DNA of 64,000 bases from Anaerolineales bacterium (GCA_034434515.1 DAOTZA010000043.1:1999-65998); one strand, 5' to 3'; numbered from the stretch's first letter, positions 18,273 to 27,233 are shown. Translations and numbers: made by a program. Notes: generated by a model not told the origin, from the letters alone.

Positions 18273-19598
18273 TTACGAAAGAGTCACGTTGTCTAAGACA
18301 TCCCGAATTATCCCTAATCCCTCGTCTAGTTGTCCTTTATTGATCATCAACGGTGGAATAACAAAGATCATCGTCCCCATTGCCGACGCCATCGTGTAGG
18401 TGAACAAACCGCGCTCCTTCAGGGCTGCTCCGATTTTTTGCATTAGCGGTATCGGTAAGGGCTTTTTGGTCGAGCGATCTTCGACAAGCTCTATGGTTGA
18501 GAATAAACCGATATAGCGCACATCCCCTACCATCGAATAACGGGCTTTGATCTGCTCCAATTGCTCTCCGAGATATTTGCCAAGCTCAAAGGCATTTTCA
18601 ATAAGATGCTCTTCCTGATAAACCTGAATGGTCGCCAAACCGGCTGCGCAGGCGAGTGGATGACCGCTGTACGTCAAACCGCACCAGAGCATTTTATCCT
18701 CAAAGAAGTCGGCGATCTTCTGACGCACCACGACAACACCCAGGGGAACATAACCTGACGTCACCCCTTTAGCGCTGGTGATCATATCGGGAACTACATT
18801 CCAGTTATCTACCGCAAACCACTTTCCCGTCCTCCCCCACCCGCTCATGACCTCGTCTGAGATCAATAAAATGTCATACTTGTCACAGATTTCTCGAATC
18901 CTCGGCCAGTAATCATCCGGTGGAACGATCAAACCATTTGAGCCAGTGACACCTTCCATGATAATTGCTGCAATCCGATCCGGCCCTTCATAGTGGATAA
19001 TCTCCTCAACATGCGAAATACATTCGCGATGGCAAGTCTCCCGCGTCCAGCCAAACGGGCAGCGATAACAATGAGGGTCAAGGAAATGAACGACTCCAGG
19101 AATACCCGGTTCAGCAGCCAAACGGCGTGGATCACCAGTCAGGGTGATTGCTCCATGTGTCGCGCCATGATAGGCACGATAGCGAGAGAGAATTTTCTGG
19201 CGGCCGGTGTAATGGCGAGCGATCTTAATCGCATTTTCATTTGCCTCTGCTCCGCCTAAGCAGAAGAAGGTCTTTTTAAGATCTCCAGGAGTTACTTCGG
19301 CTATTTTTTCACCCAAATCGCCGCGCGGTTTTGTGGCAAGACCAGGGTGGGCAAAACAAAGCGTTTCTGCTTGTTTTTTAATCGCCTCGATAACTTTAGG
19401 ATGTTGATGGCCGATATTCAGATTCATAAGTTGGGAAGAGAAATCCAAATAGCGCTTCCCATCCGCATCCCAAAAATACACCCCTTCAGCGCGCACAATC
19501 GGAATCGGTTGGACAGTGTTCTGGACTGACCAGGAGAAAAAGGTGTATTCCCGGTTTTTCGATACAATCGTTTGTGCTTCAGAATATTGAGTGCTCAC
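18273..19598 (-). CDS. Class-III PLP omega-aminotransferase (beta-alanine/taurine:pyruvate aminotransferase-like)
   Basis: GTG start after GGAGG. Motifs NIGHQHP, YHGAT, DEVMSGWGRTGKWFA, TSAKGVTSGYVPLG, TYSGHPLACAA. Confidence 0.7.
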   Translation of the reverse strand: MSTQYSEAQTIVSKNREYTFFSWSVQNTVQPIPIVRAEGVYFWDADGKRYLDFSSQLMNLNIGHQHPKVIEAIKKQAETLCFAHPGLATKPRGDLGEKIAEVTPGDLKKTFFCLGGAEANENAIKIARHYTGRQKILSRYRAYHGATHGAITLTGDPRRLAAEPGIPGVVHFLDPHCYRCPFGWTRETCHRECISHVEEIIHYEGPDRIAAIIMEGVTGSNGLIVPPDDYWPRIREICDKYDILLISDEVMSGWGRTGKWFAVDNWNVVPDMITSAKGVTSGYVPLGVVVVRQKIADFFEDKMLWCGLTYSGHPLACAAGLATIQVYQEEHLIENAFELGKYLGEQLEQIKARYSMVGDVRYIGLFSTIELVEDRSTKKPLPIPLMQKIGAALKERGLFTYTMASAMGTMIFVIPPLMINKGQLDEGLGIIRDVLDNVTLS

Positions 19599-19626
19599 AG
19601 TACCTCCGTAAGTGTTTATAACTGAT

Positions 19627-20925
19627 TTAGTGGGTGGTCTTAATGACCGTTTCCATCACTTCGAGCGTTCGATCGATAACCTCCTCAGTGTGCGAATAAC
19701 ATAAGAACCAGGGTTCACGGGGGTCATGGTCAGGCATCACGCCCCGCACAATGGCGGCTTCGACCAAACGAAGATAATAATCTTGATCGCTTTGACTGAA
19801 ACTTCGTTGATCGGTAACCTGCTCAACGCCAATAGCAAAAGAAAACATTGCCCCATATCCGTTTACACTTACCGGAATACCCTGGCTGGCAAAGAGTTCC
19901 CTAAGCCCTTGCTTCAAACGCTCCCCGCGCCGTTCAATCTCCTTGAGAACAGGTTTCGATTTAAGCGCCCTCAGTGTCGCATGAGCTGCTGCTACGCCGC
20001 ATTTGTTGTTGTTAAAAGTGCCTCCTTGAGCAACACCTCTGCCAATAATCGACATAACTTCGCGCTTCCCCCCAAAAGCAGCTAAGGGATACCCGTTTGC
20101 GAGCGCTTTGGCATATGTCGCCAGGTCAGGGTCAATTCTATAGAATTCCTGCGCCCCGCCGTTGGCTATGCGAAAGCCGGTTTTTACTTCGTCCAATATC
20201 ATCACACAGCCATATTCATTGCAGCGTTGTCGAATGTGATTCAGGAACCCCGGCAAGGGTTCAATGGCTGCACAATTCCCCATACATGGCTCGACGATTA
20301 CCCCTGCAATCTGCTCGCCATAACTTCGCATCATCTTATCAAAAACTTCAAAATCATTAAACGGCACCGTAATCACCAAATCTCCGATACAGCGAGGAAT
20401 ACCAGAGCTAGCCGGGATTGGAACCGGGCTGTTTCGATTTCCATAGGTTTCTGCCGGGCTATATGTGGACCAAAGGGTATAATCCTGAAACCCGTGGTAC
20501 ATCCCCTCAAATTTCAAAATTTTCTCTCGACCGGTGTATGCTCGCGCTACGCGGATAGCATGCATGGTTGCTTCAGTGCCAGAACAAGCAAAACGCACCA
20601 TTTCTATCGCCGGGCACATTTCAACCATCATTTCTGCCACTTCGATCTCCAATTCAATCGTCATGGCAGCCATTGTGCCGCGGCTGATCTCTTCCTTAAC
20701 GAAGTCATCGACCTCAGGGTAGGAGTGGCCTAAAATGATCGGCCCAAAACCCAGGCGATAATCAATATACTGATTTCCATCGACATCCCACAAATAACAT
20801 CCTTGGGCTTTTTGCAGATAAGGGGTAATTGCCTCCCCCCAATAACGAAAGTTTGAGTTAACCCCTAAAGGCAGGTAACGTTTTGCCCGTTCCTGCAACG
20901 CTTTGCTTTTCGGTAAATGGAGCAT
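19627..20925 (-). CDS. Glutamate-1-semialdehyde 2,1-aminomutase-family PLP enzyme (aminotransferase/aminomutase paralogue, probably not the haem-pathway HemL)
   Basis: RYLPLGVNSNFRYW, GFGPIILGH, FACSGTEATMHAIRVARAYTGR, DEVKTGFRIA, YAKALANGYP. The catabolic context argues against true hemL. Confidence 0.65.
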   Translation of the reverse strand: MLHLPKSKALQERAKRYLPLGVNSNFRYWGEAITPYLQKAQGCYLWDVDGNQYIDYRLGFGPIILGHSYPEVDDFVKEEISRGTMAAMTIELEIEVAEMMVEMCPAIEMVRFACSGTEATMHAIRVARAYTGREKILKFEGMYHGFQDYTLWSTYSPAETYGNRNSPVPIPASSGIPRCIGDLVITVPFNDFEVFDKMMRSYGEQIAGVIVEPCMGNCAAIEPLPGFLNHIRQRCNEYGCVMILDEVKTGFRIANGGAQEFYRIDPDLATYAKALANGYPLAAFGGKREVMSIIGRGVAQGGTFNNNKCGVAAAHATLRALKSKPVLKEIERRGERLKQGLRELFASQGIPVSVNGYGAMFSFAIGVEQVTDQRSFSQSDQDYYLRLVEAAIVRGVMPDHDPREPWFLCYSHTEEVIDRTLEVMETVIKTTH

Positions 20926-20950
20926 AGGATTCCCTCCAAGGTAAAATATT

Positions 20951-21436
20951 TTAGGTTATTGATTCGCTCTTTTCACAGACCTCTAAAGGGATTGACCACT
21001 GATAAACATCTTTCAATACGGATGGAACAATTGAAGTAACCGTCTTTCGAACACCGGGTGTCTTACCAATGACTTGGGTGACAAAACGATAAACCTCCTC
21101 ATTACTTCGCGCAATCAATTGCACGCTGACATCTGTTTCCCCAATCGCATAAGCCACATAACTCACGCAACTGTATTCTGTCATCTTGTGGGCAACTTCT
21201 TCAATGCAGTCCGACTCCACCTCCAGCATCACATCCGCAACAACTCCGTATCCCAGGCTCTTTGGATTGACAACCGCCCTGATTCGGATAATATCTCTTT
21301 CGATTAATTTTTCCAAGCGATAACGAGCAGATCGCTCGGAAATACCCAGCCTGCGAGCAATCTCACTACAGGTTAATCGCCCATCCTCAATTAACAAATC
21401 AACAATTTTTTTATCAGTAATGTCGATTTTATACAT
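20951..21436 (-). CDS. Lrp/AsnC-family transcriptional regulator
   Basis: MYKIDITDKKIVDLLIEDGRLTCSEIARRLGISERSARYRLEKL (HTH) plus a C-terminal RAM-like domain. It is the first gene of the co-directional cluster. The start at 21436 was chosen by family N-terminus; no SD is visible. Confidence 0.8.
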   Translation of the reverse strand: MYKIDITDKKIVDLLIEDGRLTCSEIARRLGISERSARYRLEKLIERDIIRIRAVVNPKSLGYGVVADVMLEVESDCIEEVAHKMTEYSCVSYVAYAIGETDVSVQLIARSNEEVYRFVTQVIGKTPGVRKTVTSIVPSVLKDVYQWSIPLEVCEKSESIT

Positions 21437-21461
21437 GAATTTGGAAAATATTGTAGGTTTA

Positions 21462-21511
21462 TGACAAATATCATAATGCTTAAAACACAAAATTTCAAGT
21501 GACAAATGTCA
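21462..21511 (-). promoter_or_regulatory. Candidate sigma70-type promoter bracketed by two copies of a 12-bp palindrome (candidate Lrp-type operator)
   Basis: On the minus strand: -35 TTGAAA (21493-21498), 17-nt spacer, -10 TATGAT (21470-21475). Palindromes are TGACAAATGTCA (21500-21511, perfect) and TGACAAATATCA (21462-21473, one mismatch), with centres 38 bp apart. Confidence 0.4.
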
Positions 21512-21583
21512 TATCCGCCGAAAATTGATGGATTTTAGTCGAAAACAGGTTCTCCCTATTTCACATCCTCATCAAAGCCTTTT

Positions 21584-22048
21584 ATGGTAAAATCAATGCA
21601 AATGGAAGAAGGACAAGAAGGCACCCACCAAACTGCACGATTTCCAAGCGCTGACGCGGAAACAACAAATCAGCGCAAGGTCATTATCCTATCGAGCATC
21701 ATTGGCATCCTCGTGCTAGCTGTGCTCATCTTTTCAACGTATTGGATGCTCACCAATGCAGACAAAACTTCGACTATTCGAGATATTTTCATCATCTTTT
21801 TAGGGTTTGAATTTCTGCTGATTGGAGTTGCCCTAATCATCCTTATCCTTCAGCTTGCTCGATTAATCAATTTACTTCAAAATGAAGTTAAACCCATTCT
21901 GGATTCAACCAATGAAACGGTGAACACCCTTCGGGGAACCACAGCCTTTCTCAGTGATAATTTAGTTGAACCGGTCATGAAACTCAATGAGGTTATTGCT
22001 GGTTTTCAACGTCTCTTACAAATATCAGGTCTAACGAAAAAGAAATAA
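21584..22048 (+). CDS. Membrane protein, DUF948-like (two TM segments plus a coiled C-terminus)
   Basis: Hydrophobic segments VIILSSIIGILVLAVLIFSTYW and IFIIFLGFEFLLIGVALIILIL. The tail LINLLQNEVKPILDSTNETVNTLRG is typical of DUF948-type stress proteins. Start is uncertain (21584/21596/21602). Confidence 0.5.
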   Translation: MVKSMQMEEGQEGTHQTARFPSADAETTNQRKVIILSSIIGILVLAVLIFSTYWMLTNADKTSTIRDIFIIFLGFEFLLIGVALIILILQLARLINLLQNEVKPILDSTNETVNTLRGTTAFLSDNLVEPVMKLNEVIAGFQRLLQISGLTKKK

Positions 22049-22069
22049 AATTCCAAAGGAGTGTGTAAT

Positions 22070-22489
22070 ATGTCCGATCGAGATAGCGATTTCAGTGCAT
22101 TTCTAGCTGGATTTATTTTCGGCGGTTTAATTGGCGCAGCCATAGCTCTCTTGTATGCTCCTCAATCTGGCGAAGAAACCCGCACCATTATTCGCGAAAA
22201 GAGTATAGAGCTCAAAGACAAAGCTGTCGAAACGGCTGAAGAAGCTCGCGCTCGAGCTGAAAAAGCCTTGGAAGAAGCCCACGCTAAAGCAGAAAAAGCG
22301 CTCGCTGAGACTCGCCAACGTGCCGAAGAGCTTGCCAAACTTACTAAAGAGCAAGCCATTGAGCTACAACAGCGCGGCCAGGAACTCTTTGAAGAACAGA
22401 AAACCAAATTAGAACAGGTTATCGAGTCGGGTAAAAAAGCTGTCAAAAAAGAGCCCCCGGAAGGCGAAGCGCCAGCTTCTTCGTCTTGA
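22070..22489 (+). CDS. YtxH-domain protein
   Basis: FLAGFIFGGLIGAAIALLYAPQSGEETR signature followed by an Ala/Glu/Lys-rich helical region. RBS AAGGAG. Confidence 0.7.
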   Translation: MSDRDSDFSAFLAGFIFGGLIGAAIALLYAPQSGEETRTIIREKSIELKDKAVETAEEARARAEKALEEAHAKAEKALAETRQRAEELAKLTKEQAIELQQRGQELFEEQKTKLEQVIESGKKAVKKEPPEGEAPASSS

Positions 22490-22522
22490 TATGCCAATCT
22501 CAAACCCAATACTGAGCCAATT

Positions 22523-22543
22523 AGGACGGCAAGTTGCCGTCCT
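22523..22543. terminator. Hairpin between convergent ytxH-like and nnr genes
   Basis: AGGACGGCA / TGCCGTCCT form a 9-bp stem with a 3-nt loop. The flanking T-run is weak. Confidence 0.35.
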
Positions 22544-22600
22544 GATTTCAGTTAATCGTACAAAACTCATTCAATATAGATACGACTGGCGCGCTGTCTA

Positions 22601-24160
22601 CTATCTTCCCAAATCCCGAAATACATCCACCATTGACTCAAGTAAATCTGTGGCTAAAACACAGCGAGTTGTTCCCAACTTTTCCGCTGCTCGCAATCCT
22701 GCCTGAGCATGGAGCCACACGCCAGCAACGGCAGCCTCAAAGCCATTCATGCCCTGCGCTCTCAGCCCACCAATTAGACCGGCTAACACATCTCCACTCC
22801 CGGCGCGAGCCAGTGCTGAGGTAGCAACCGGATTAATCGCGGTGCGACCATCAGGATCGGCAATTACCGTGAAAGCACCTTTCAAGACAACAATTTGCCC
22901 CCATTGATTGGCAAATTTTTCCGCAACTTGAACGCGATCCGATTGAATATCAGCAACACGTAGACCAGTCAAGACGCTCATTTCGCCTGGATGTGGGGTT
23001 AATACGGTTTGAGGCGGGATTTTTTGATACCAACGTTCGTATCTGGTAAGCAATTTTAAGCCATCAGCATCGACTACGAGCGGTGGAATTCTGTCGCGAC
23101 CAAAATCTAGTATTCTTTTAACTAATCCAGACGTGCTCTCATGGTAACCAAAGCCAGGTCCCAAAACGAGGGCATCAATTGAATTCAGGCGTCCTGACAA
23201 AATTTGATCTCCTGCTGCCGAGAGATAACCCTGTTGCTCTGGCAGGATCAACCAGGTGGCTTCGGGGATTTGACCGGCTAGAGCTTGATAGACTGACCGC
23301 ACAACTCCCAAAGTTACCAATCCACAACCGCCCAAATAGGCTGCTTTCGCAGCCAAGTAGGCTGCACCGGTAAAGTCTTCACTTCCGGCTAAGATCAACG
23401 TCGTCCCAAACGTGCCTTTGTGAGAATTATCAGACCGCATGGGTAGCATCTCACGCACCCACTCAGCATCAATAACCCTCCGCCGAATATCGCTCCAGGT
23501 TGGAAATCTATCCGATAAACCAATATCCGCAACCAAAATCCGTCCACAGAATGCATAAGCGGGAAATTTTAATAGTCCAGCTTTGACCGCTGCCATTGTA
23601 ACGGTGATTTCTGCTGGAATTACTTCTTCAGCCACTTCACCGCTATCACAATCCACTCCGGATGGACAATCAACGGCGATAACATGGACAGGCGTATGCT
23701 TGACAAACTCTTTGACAATCCTCAATACCCTACCTATTGATTCTTTCAATGGCAACTCAAAGCCGGTCCCCAACACACCATCCAATAGGACTTCACTTTG
23801 CTGCAAAACAATCTGTAACTGTTGAAAATCCTTATCCTCCTGGATGGAGATCAAAATTCCATTTCGACTCAATAACCTTTGAACGAGTGGATCATCCACC
23901 GACCTTTCCTTTACCAGATAAGCAATCACTTTCCAGCCTTGTTCGGCCAGATAAGTCAAAGCGACCAAAGTATCCCCGCCATTATTTCCAGAGCCTACTA
24001 AGCCCATTGCAGTCCGATTAGTCCGACTGCGAAGTTCTTGATCAATGATGCGTCCCAAATTTGTCCCTGCATTTTCCATCATTTGGGCATAGGTTAGCCC
24101 CAACCGATCAGCCTCTTGCTCAACAGCGCGCATCTCAGAGACACTCACATACTTCATCAT
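22601..24160 (-). CDS. nnr: Bifunctional NAD(P)H-hydrate repair enzyme (epimerase / ADP-dependent dehydratase, YjeF family)
   Basis: N-terminal YjeF_N (GLVGSGNNGGDTLVA) and C-terminal carbohydrate-kinase-like domain (HKGTFGTTLILAGS..., GSGDVLAGLIGG). Its ATG overlaps the AOR3 stop (ATGA). Confidence 0.85.
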   Translation of the reverse strand: MMKYVSVSEMRAVEQEADRLGLTYAQMMENAGTNLGRIIDQELRSRTNRTAMGLVGSGNNGGDTLVALTYLAEQGWKVIAYLVKERSVDDPLVQRLLSRNGILISIQEDKDFQQLQIVLQQSEVLLDGVLGTGFELPLKESIGRVLRIVKEFVKHTPVHVIAVDCPSGVDCDSGEVAEEVIPAEITVTMAAVKAGLLKFPAYAFCGRILVADIGLSDRFPTWSDIRRRVIDAEWVREMLPMRSDNSHKGTFGTTLILAGSEDFTGAAYLAAKAAYLGGCGLVTLGVVRSVYQALAGQIPEATWLILPEQQGYLSAAGDQILSGRLNSIDALVLGPGFGYHESTSGLVKRILDFGRDRIPPLVVDADGLKLLTRYERWYQKIPPQTVLTPHPGEMSVLTGLRVADIQSDRVQVAEKFANQWGQIVVLKGAFTVIADPDGRTAINPVATSALARAGSGDVLAGLIGGLRAQGMNGFEAAVAGVWLHAQAGLRAAEKLGTTRCVLATDLLESMVDVFRDLGR

Positions 24161-26001
24161 AGCTTGCTTGCCTCCGTCTTATCCCAAAGATCAGGAAGAA
24201 GCCACTCTAAGTCAAGTTGACGTAACTTTTTAGGCAACGGTTTACCTGACCGTATATCCCACTCTCTGGCGCGATAATACGCCTCACGCATTTCATCGAA
24301 AGGCACAATAAAACTTTTAAGTTCACCCTGACCATCTTCATAAGGTTGTCGAAAGGCTTTGGGTAATCTCTCGGAAGCAGGGTCAAGGCAAAGACGGAGA
24401 TTAATGGCCCGCTTCAAATTCCAACCTCTCTCCCCAATTCGCATTAAATCTGGCAGATCGAGCTCGTAACCAGCGGCGGCGTTGATCAACGCTACAATAT
24501 CCTGCGGCGGTACATTGGCAAAGATACACATTACTAGGCTGTTAAATACCGTGCGCCAGTCCTGATGCAGACAAACATTTCTGGCTTTCTCCGCCCCACC
24601 AAGCCGAGGATGGGTCTCTAATCCAATGCTCGCCTCCACTTGTCCGATTTCAACAAAAAAGTAATCAGATTGATTATGACTAGCGCCAATTGGAGATGTG
24701 GCATAGACCAGAGCCATCCCTGAAGCCCCTCTGGGATCATGATAGGCAACTTCTAACCCATTGACCTGCACCGCCTCATCGGGGACTTGAAAAACCTCAG
24801 CCAAGCGCTTACTACCAAGAGCCAATAATTCTCCGAACCCCTCTCGAGGCGGGATTTTTGCGATCAACTGCATGACAATATCACTATCTCCCCACCTTAG
24901 CTCTAAACCATCCGTATCCGTGGTTTTAATGATCCCTTGTTCATATAAATTAAATGCCAGGCCTATGGTGTTGCTGGTGCTGATTGTGTCCAATCCTAAT
25001 CGATCGCAGATTTCACCCAGTTCAGTGATGGCAATCGGATCTGAGATCAGCAAATTTGGCCCAAAGCCAACAATCGTCTCATATTCTGGCCCTTTCTTTT
25101 TGGGTAAGCTATCGTACTGGACCACCCGGCCACAGGCAATCACACAGGCATGACAGGCACTTACCCCCTTGAGCAGATTTTCGGCAAAATACGATCCGGA
25201 GATATTCGGCACACCTTCAAAGACACTTTGGTGAAAATATCGTTTCGGCATCAAACCCAAATAATCGAAGTATTCGGCTGCGCCTGCTGTGCCAAGTTCC
25301 CGCAATACCAGAGATTGGTTATCGATGCGCAACCCCCGATTCGCCTCAGCCCGGAAGGGATCATAGACTTCTGGGATAGAAACAGGAATGGTTTTTGTAC
25401 CCCGCACGGCAATGGCTTTCAGATTCTTAGCCCCCATAACTGCCCCTAACCCGGTTCTGCCAGCAACCCGACCGTGATCGGTTAAGATCAAGGAATAGGG
25501 GATACCTGCTTCACCTGCAGGTCCAATAACAGCTACCCGGAAACCCTTTTCCCCAATTTCCAGTAAAACCCCCTGTTGCGTTGTATAAGTATCCGCCCCC
25601 CATAACTTGCGTGCATCGAATATCTTCACTTTCCCATCATCAATAACCAAAAACTGAGGGAAAGGCGCCTTACCCCGAATCATGAGCCCATCAAACCCTG
25701 CTTTCCGCAATTCCGTTCCCCAAAATCCTCCACAGTTTGACTCTGCCCAAAGTTGCGTTGCCGGCGATTTTCCACAGACGACAAACCTACCAACTGCCGG
25801 CCCCGCAGTTCCACTAAGAGGCCCAACCATGAACAACAAGGGAGCTTCTGGTGACAAGGGATCTAAATCACGCCTTAACTCCTCATATAAAATGCGGGCA
25901 CCTAAAGAGGCGCCTCCCAGATATTGAAATTGCCATTGGACAGGAATTTCGAATGAGCCACATTCCCCAGTTGTAAGGTTGACTTCTAAGAGCGGTTGCA
26001 T
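24157..26001 (-). CDS. Aldehyde:ferredoxin oxidoreductase family protein (AOR paralogue 3, 614 aa)
   Basis: [4Fe-4S] motif CHACVIAC, pterin motif LGLDTISTS and distal Cys LVMCIFAN. The N-terminal AOR domain is present. Confidence 0.85.
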   Translation of the reverse strand: MQPLLEVNLTTGECGSFEIPVQWQFQYLGGASLGARILYEELRRDLDPLSPEAPLLFMVGPLSGTAGPAVGRFVVCGKSPATQLWAESNCGGFWGTELRKAGFDGLMIRGKAPFPQFLVIDDGKVKIFDARKLWGADTYTTQQGVLLEIGEKGFRVAVIGPAGEAGIPYSLILTDHGRVAGRTGLGAVMGAKNLKAIAVRGTKTIPVSIPEVYDPFRAEANRGLRIDNQSLVLRELGTAGAAEYFDYLGLMPKRYFHQSVFEGVPNISGSYFAENLLKGVSACHACVIACGRVVQYDSLPKKKGPEYETIVGFGPNLLISDPIAITELGEICDRLGLDTISTSNTIGLAFNLYEQGIIKTTDTDGLELRWGDSDIVMQLIAKIPPREGFGELLALGSKRLAEVFQVPDEAVQVNGLEVAYHDPRGASGMALVYATSPIGASHNQSDYFFVEIGQVEASIGLETHPRLGGAEKARNVCLHQDWRTVFNSLVMCIFANVPPQDIVALINAAAGYELDLPDLMRIGERGWNLKRAINLRLCLDPASERLPKAFRQPYEDGQGELKSFIVPFDEMREAYYRAREWDIRSGKPLPKKLRQLDLEWLLPDLWDKTEASKL

Positions 26002-26198
26002 GGTGAAATCCTTTGCATTGATTGAAAGTTTGACGACCTAACAAAATTGTACGGTAGAAAAAAAGCATTTTTTAGTAAGATTATTATACCGTTTACGTTG
26101 GTTTGCCAATCGCCAATTTGTCTCATCTGGCATGTTTCTAGCAACGAGGAAAAGCAATGACAGCTCGGATTATAGCAAAGAGTCATTTCACAGCATTC

Positions 26199-26227
26199 TT
26201 GACACCCCTTCCAAGAATGACTATAAT
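26199..26227 (+). promoter_or_regulatory. Consensus sigma70 promoter for tRNA-Gly
   Basis: TTGACA (26199-26204), 17-nt spacer, TATAAT (26222-26227). It ends 15 nt before the tRNA 5' end. Confidence 0.6.
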
Positions 26228-26242
26228 ATTTGCAACTTGTAA

Positions 26243-26314
26243 GCGGGTGTCGCCAAGCGGTAAGGCAGCAGCTTCCCAAGCTGCCATTCGTGGGTTCGAA
26301 TCCCATCACCCGCT
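26243..26314 (+). tRNA. tRNA-Gly (anticodon CCC)
   Basis: 72-nt cloverleaf folded by hand: acceptor GCGGGTG/CACCCGC, anticodon stem GCAGC/GCTGC with loop TTCCCAA, T-arm GTGGG-TTCGAAT-CCCAT, discriminator U. CCA is not encoded. Confidence 0.9.
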
Positions 26315-26381
26315 CTTTTTATTTTAGATTAAGGAGAAATTTACAGGATTTTTATGACATTTAATGTAAAGTAAGACTGAT

Positions 26382-26771
26382 ATGGAAACGCTACAGAACC
26401 CTCTTATCCTTTATGTAGAAGATAATCTCGATAACCGCATTCTGGTTAGACGCATTTTGGAGGCAGAAGGCTTTCAGGTTGAAGAAGCATCCTCTGGACC
26501 TGAAGCTTTCGAAAAACTAAAAACAATAACACCAGACCTGATCCTGATGGATATCAACTTACCTGAAATCGATGGCTACACATTAACTTCCACTCTAAAA
26601 TCGCAATTCTCTACAAGCATCCCCATCGTTGCCTTGACCGCCAATGTTATGAAAGGCGATCGGGAAAAGACCTTACAAGCTGGCTGTGACGGGTATATAC
26701 AAAAACCGATTGATGTTGATGCCCTTCCCAGTCAGGTGCGCTCCTTCTTAAGCTCTAAAACAAAAGGATAA
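26382..26771 (+). CDS. Single-domain response regulator (CheY-like receiver)
   Basis: ILYVEDN..., phospho-acceptor context LILMDINLP, ALTAN, and K in IQKPI. Confidence 0.85.
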   Translation: METLQNPLILYVEDNLDNRILVRRILEAEGFQVEEASSGPEAFEKLKTITPDLILMDINLPEIDGYTLTSTLKSQFSTSIPIVALTANVMKGDREKTLQAGCDGYIQKPIDVDALPSQVRSFLSSKTKG

Positions 26772-26773
26772 AT

Positions 26774-27208
26774 ATGGCCGGAGCTTTCACCCAAAAAGAT
26801 TCCCACAGTATTGAATTGCAAGATATTACCGTTTTAGTTGTCGAAGACAATGTTTCCAATTTTGTCTTGATAGCCCGGTTACTCGGTTACTTAGGGATCC
26901 ATTGCGAATGGAAAACCTCTGGCTATGAGGTTGTTGAGTATGCCGATTTACTCCCAAAATTGGATTTAATTCTAATGGATATTCGTTTGCCTTATGAAGA
27001 TGGTTATGAGGCTCTCAAGAAAATCCGATCGTCACCTAAGCTCGCCTCTATTCCTGTGATAGCAATAACTGCAGAAGCATCGATGGAACAGATGCAAAAA
27101 GCCCATGCCGCTGGTTTTGATGGCTTCATTGGCAAACCAATTAATCCAGATCGCTTTCCAGAACAGATTCAACAAATCCTGAACGGAGACCCCGTCTGGG
27201 AGCTTTAG
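26774..27208 (+). CDS. Single-domain response regulator (CheY-like receiver), second copy
   Basis: VLVVEDN..., LILMDIRLP, AITAE, IGKPI. It starts 2 nt after the previous stop. Confidence 0.85.
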   Translation: MAGAFTQKDSHSIELQDITVLVVEDNVSNFVLIARLLGYLGIHCEWKTSGYEVVEYADLLPKLDLILMDIRLPYEDGYEALKKIRSSPKLASIPVIAITAEASMEQMQKAHAAGFDGFIGKPINPDRFPEQIQQILNGDPVWEL

Positions 27209-27233
27209 GATTTTTATAGGGAAAGAAAAGAAC

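Noticed and set aside
19627-20925. Annotating the GSA-aminomutase-family gene as hemL (tetrapyrrole biosynthesis).
   Set aside because: It is embedded among catabolic aminotransferases with no other hem genes nearby. The family contains many non-HemL aminotransferases and racemases, so only a family-level call is justified.
25986-26309. A 107-aa minus-strand ORF covering the intergenic region and the tRNA.
   Set aside because: It overlaps tRNA-Gly and its promoter on the opposite strand. It has no RBS and no recognisable domains.
26199-26381. tRNA-Gly as an integration site for a genomic island, since the signalling operon starts right after it.
   Set aside because: There is no integrase or recombinase gene. 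I found no repeat of the tRNA 3' end downstream, and no mobile-element genes occur anywhere in the window.
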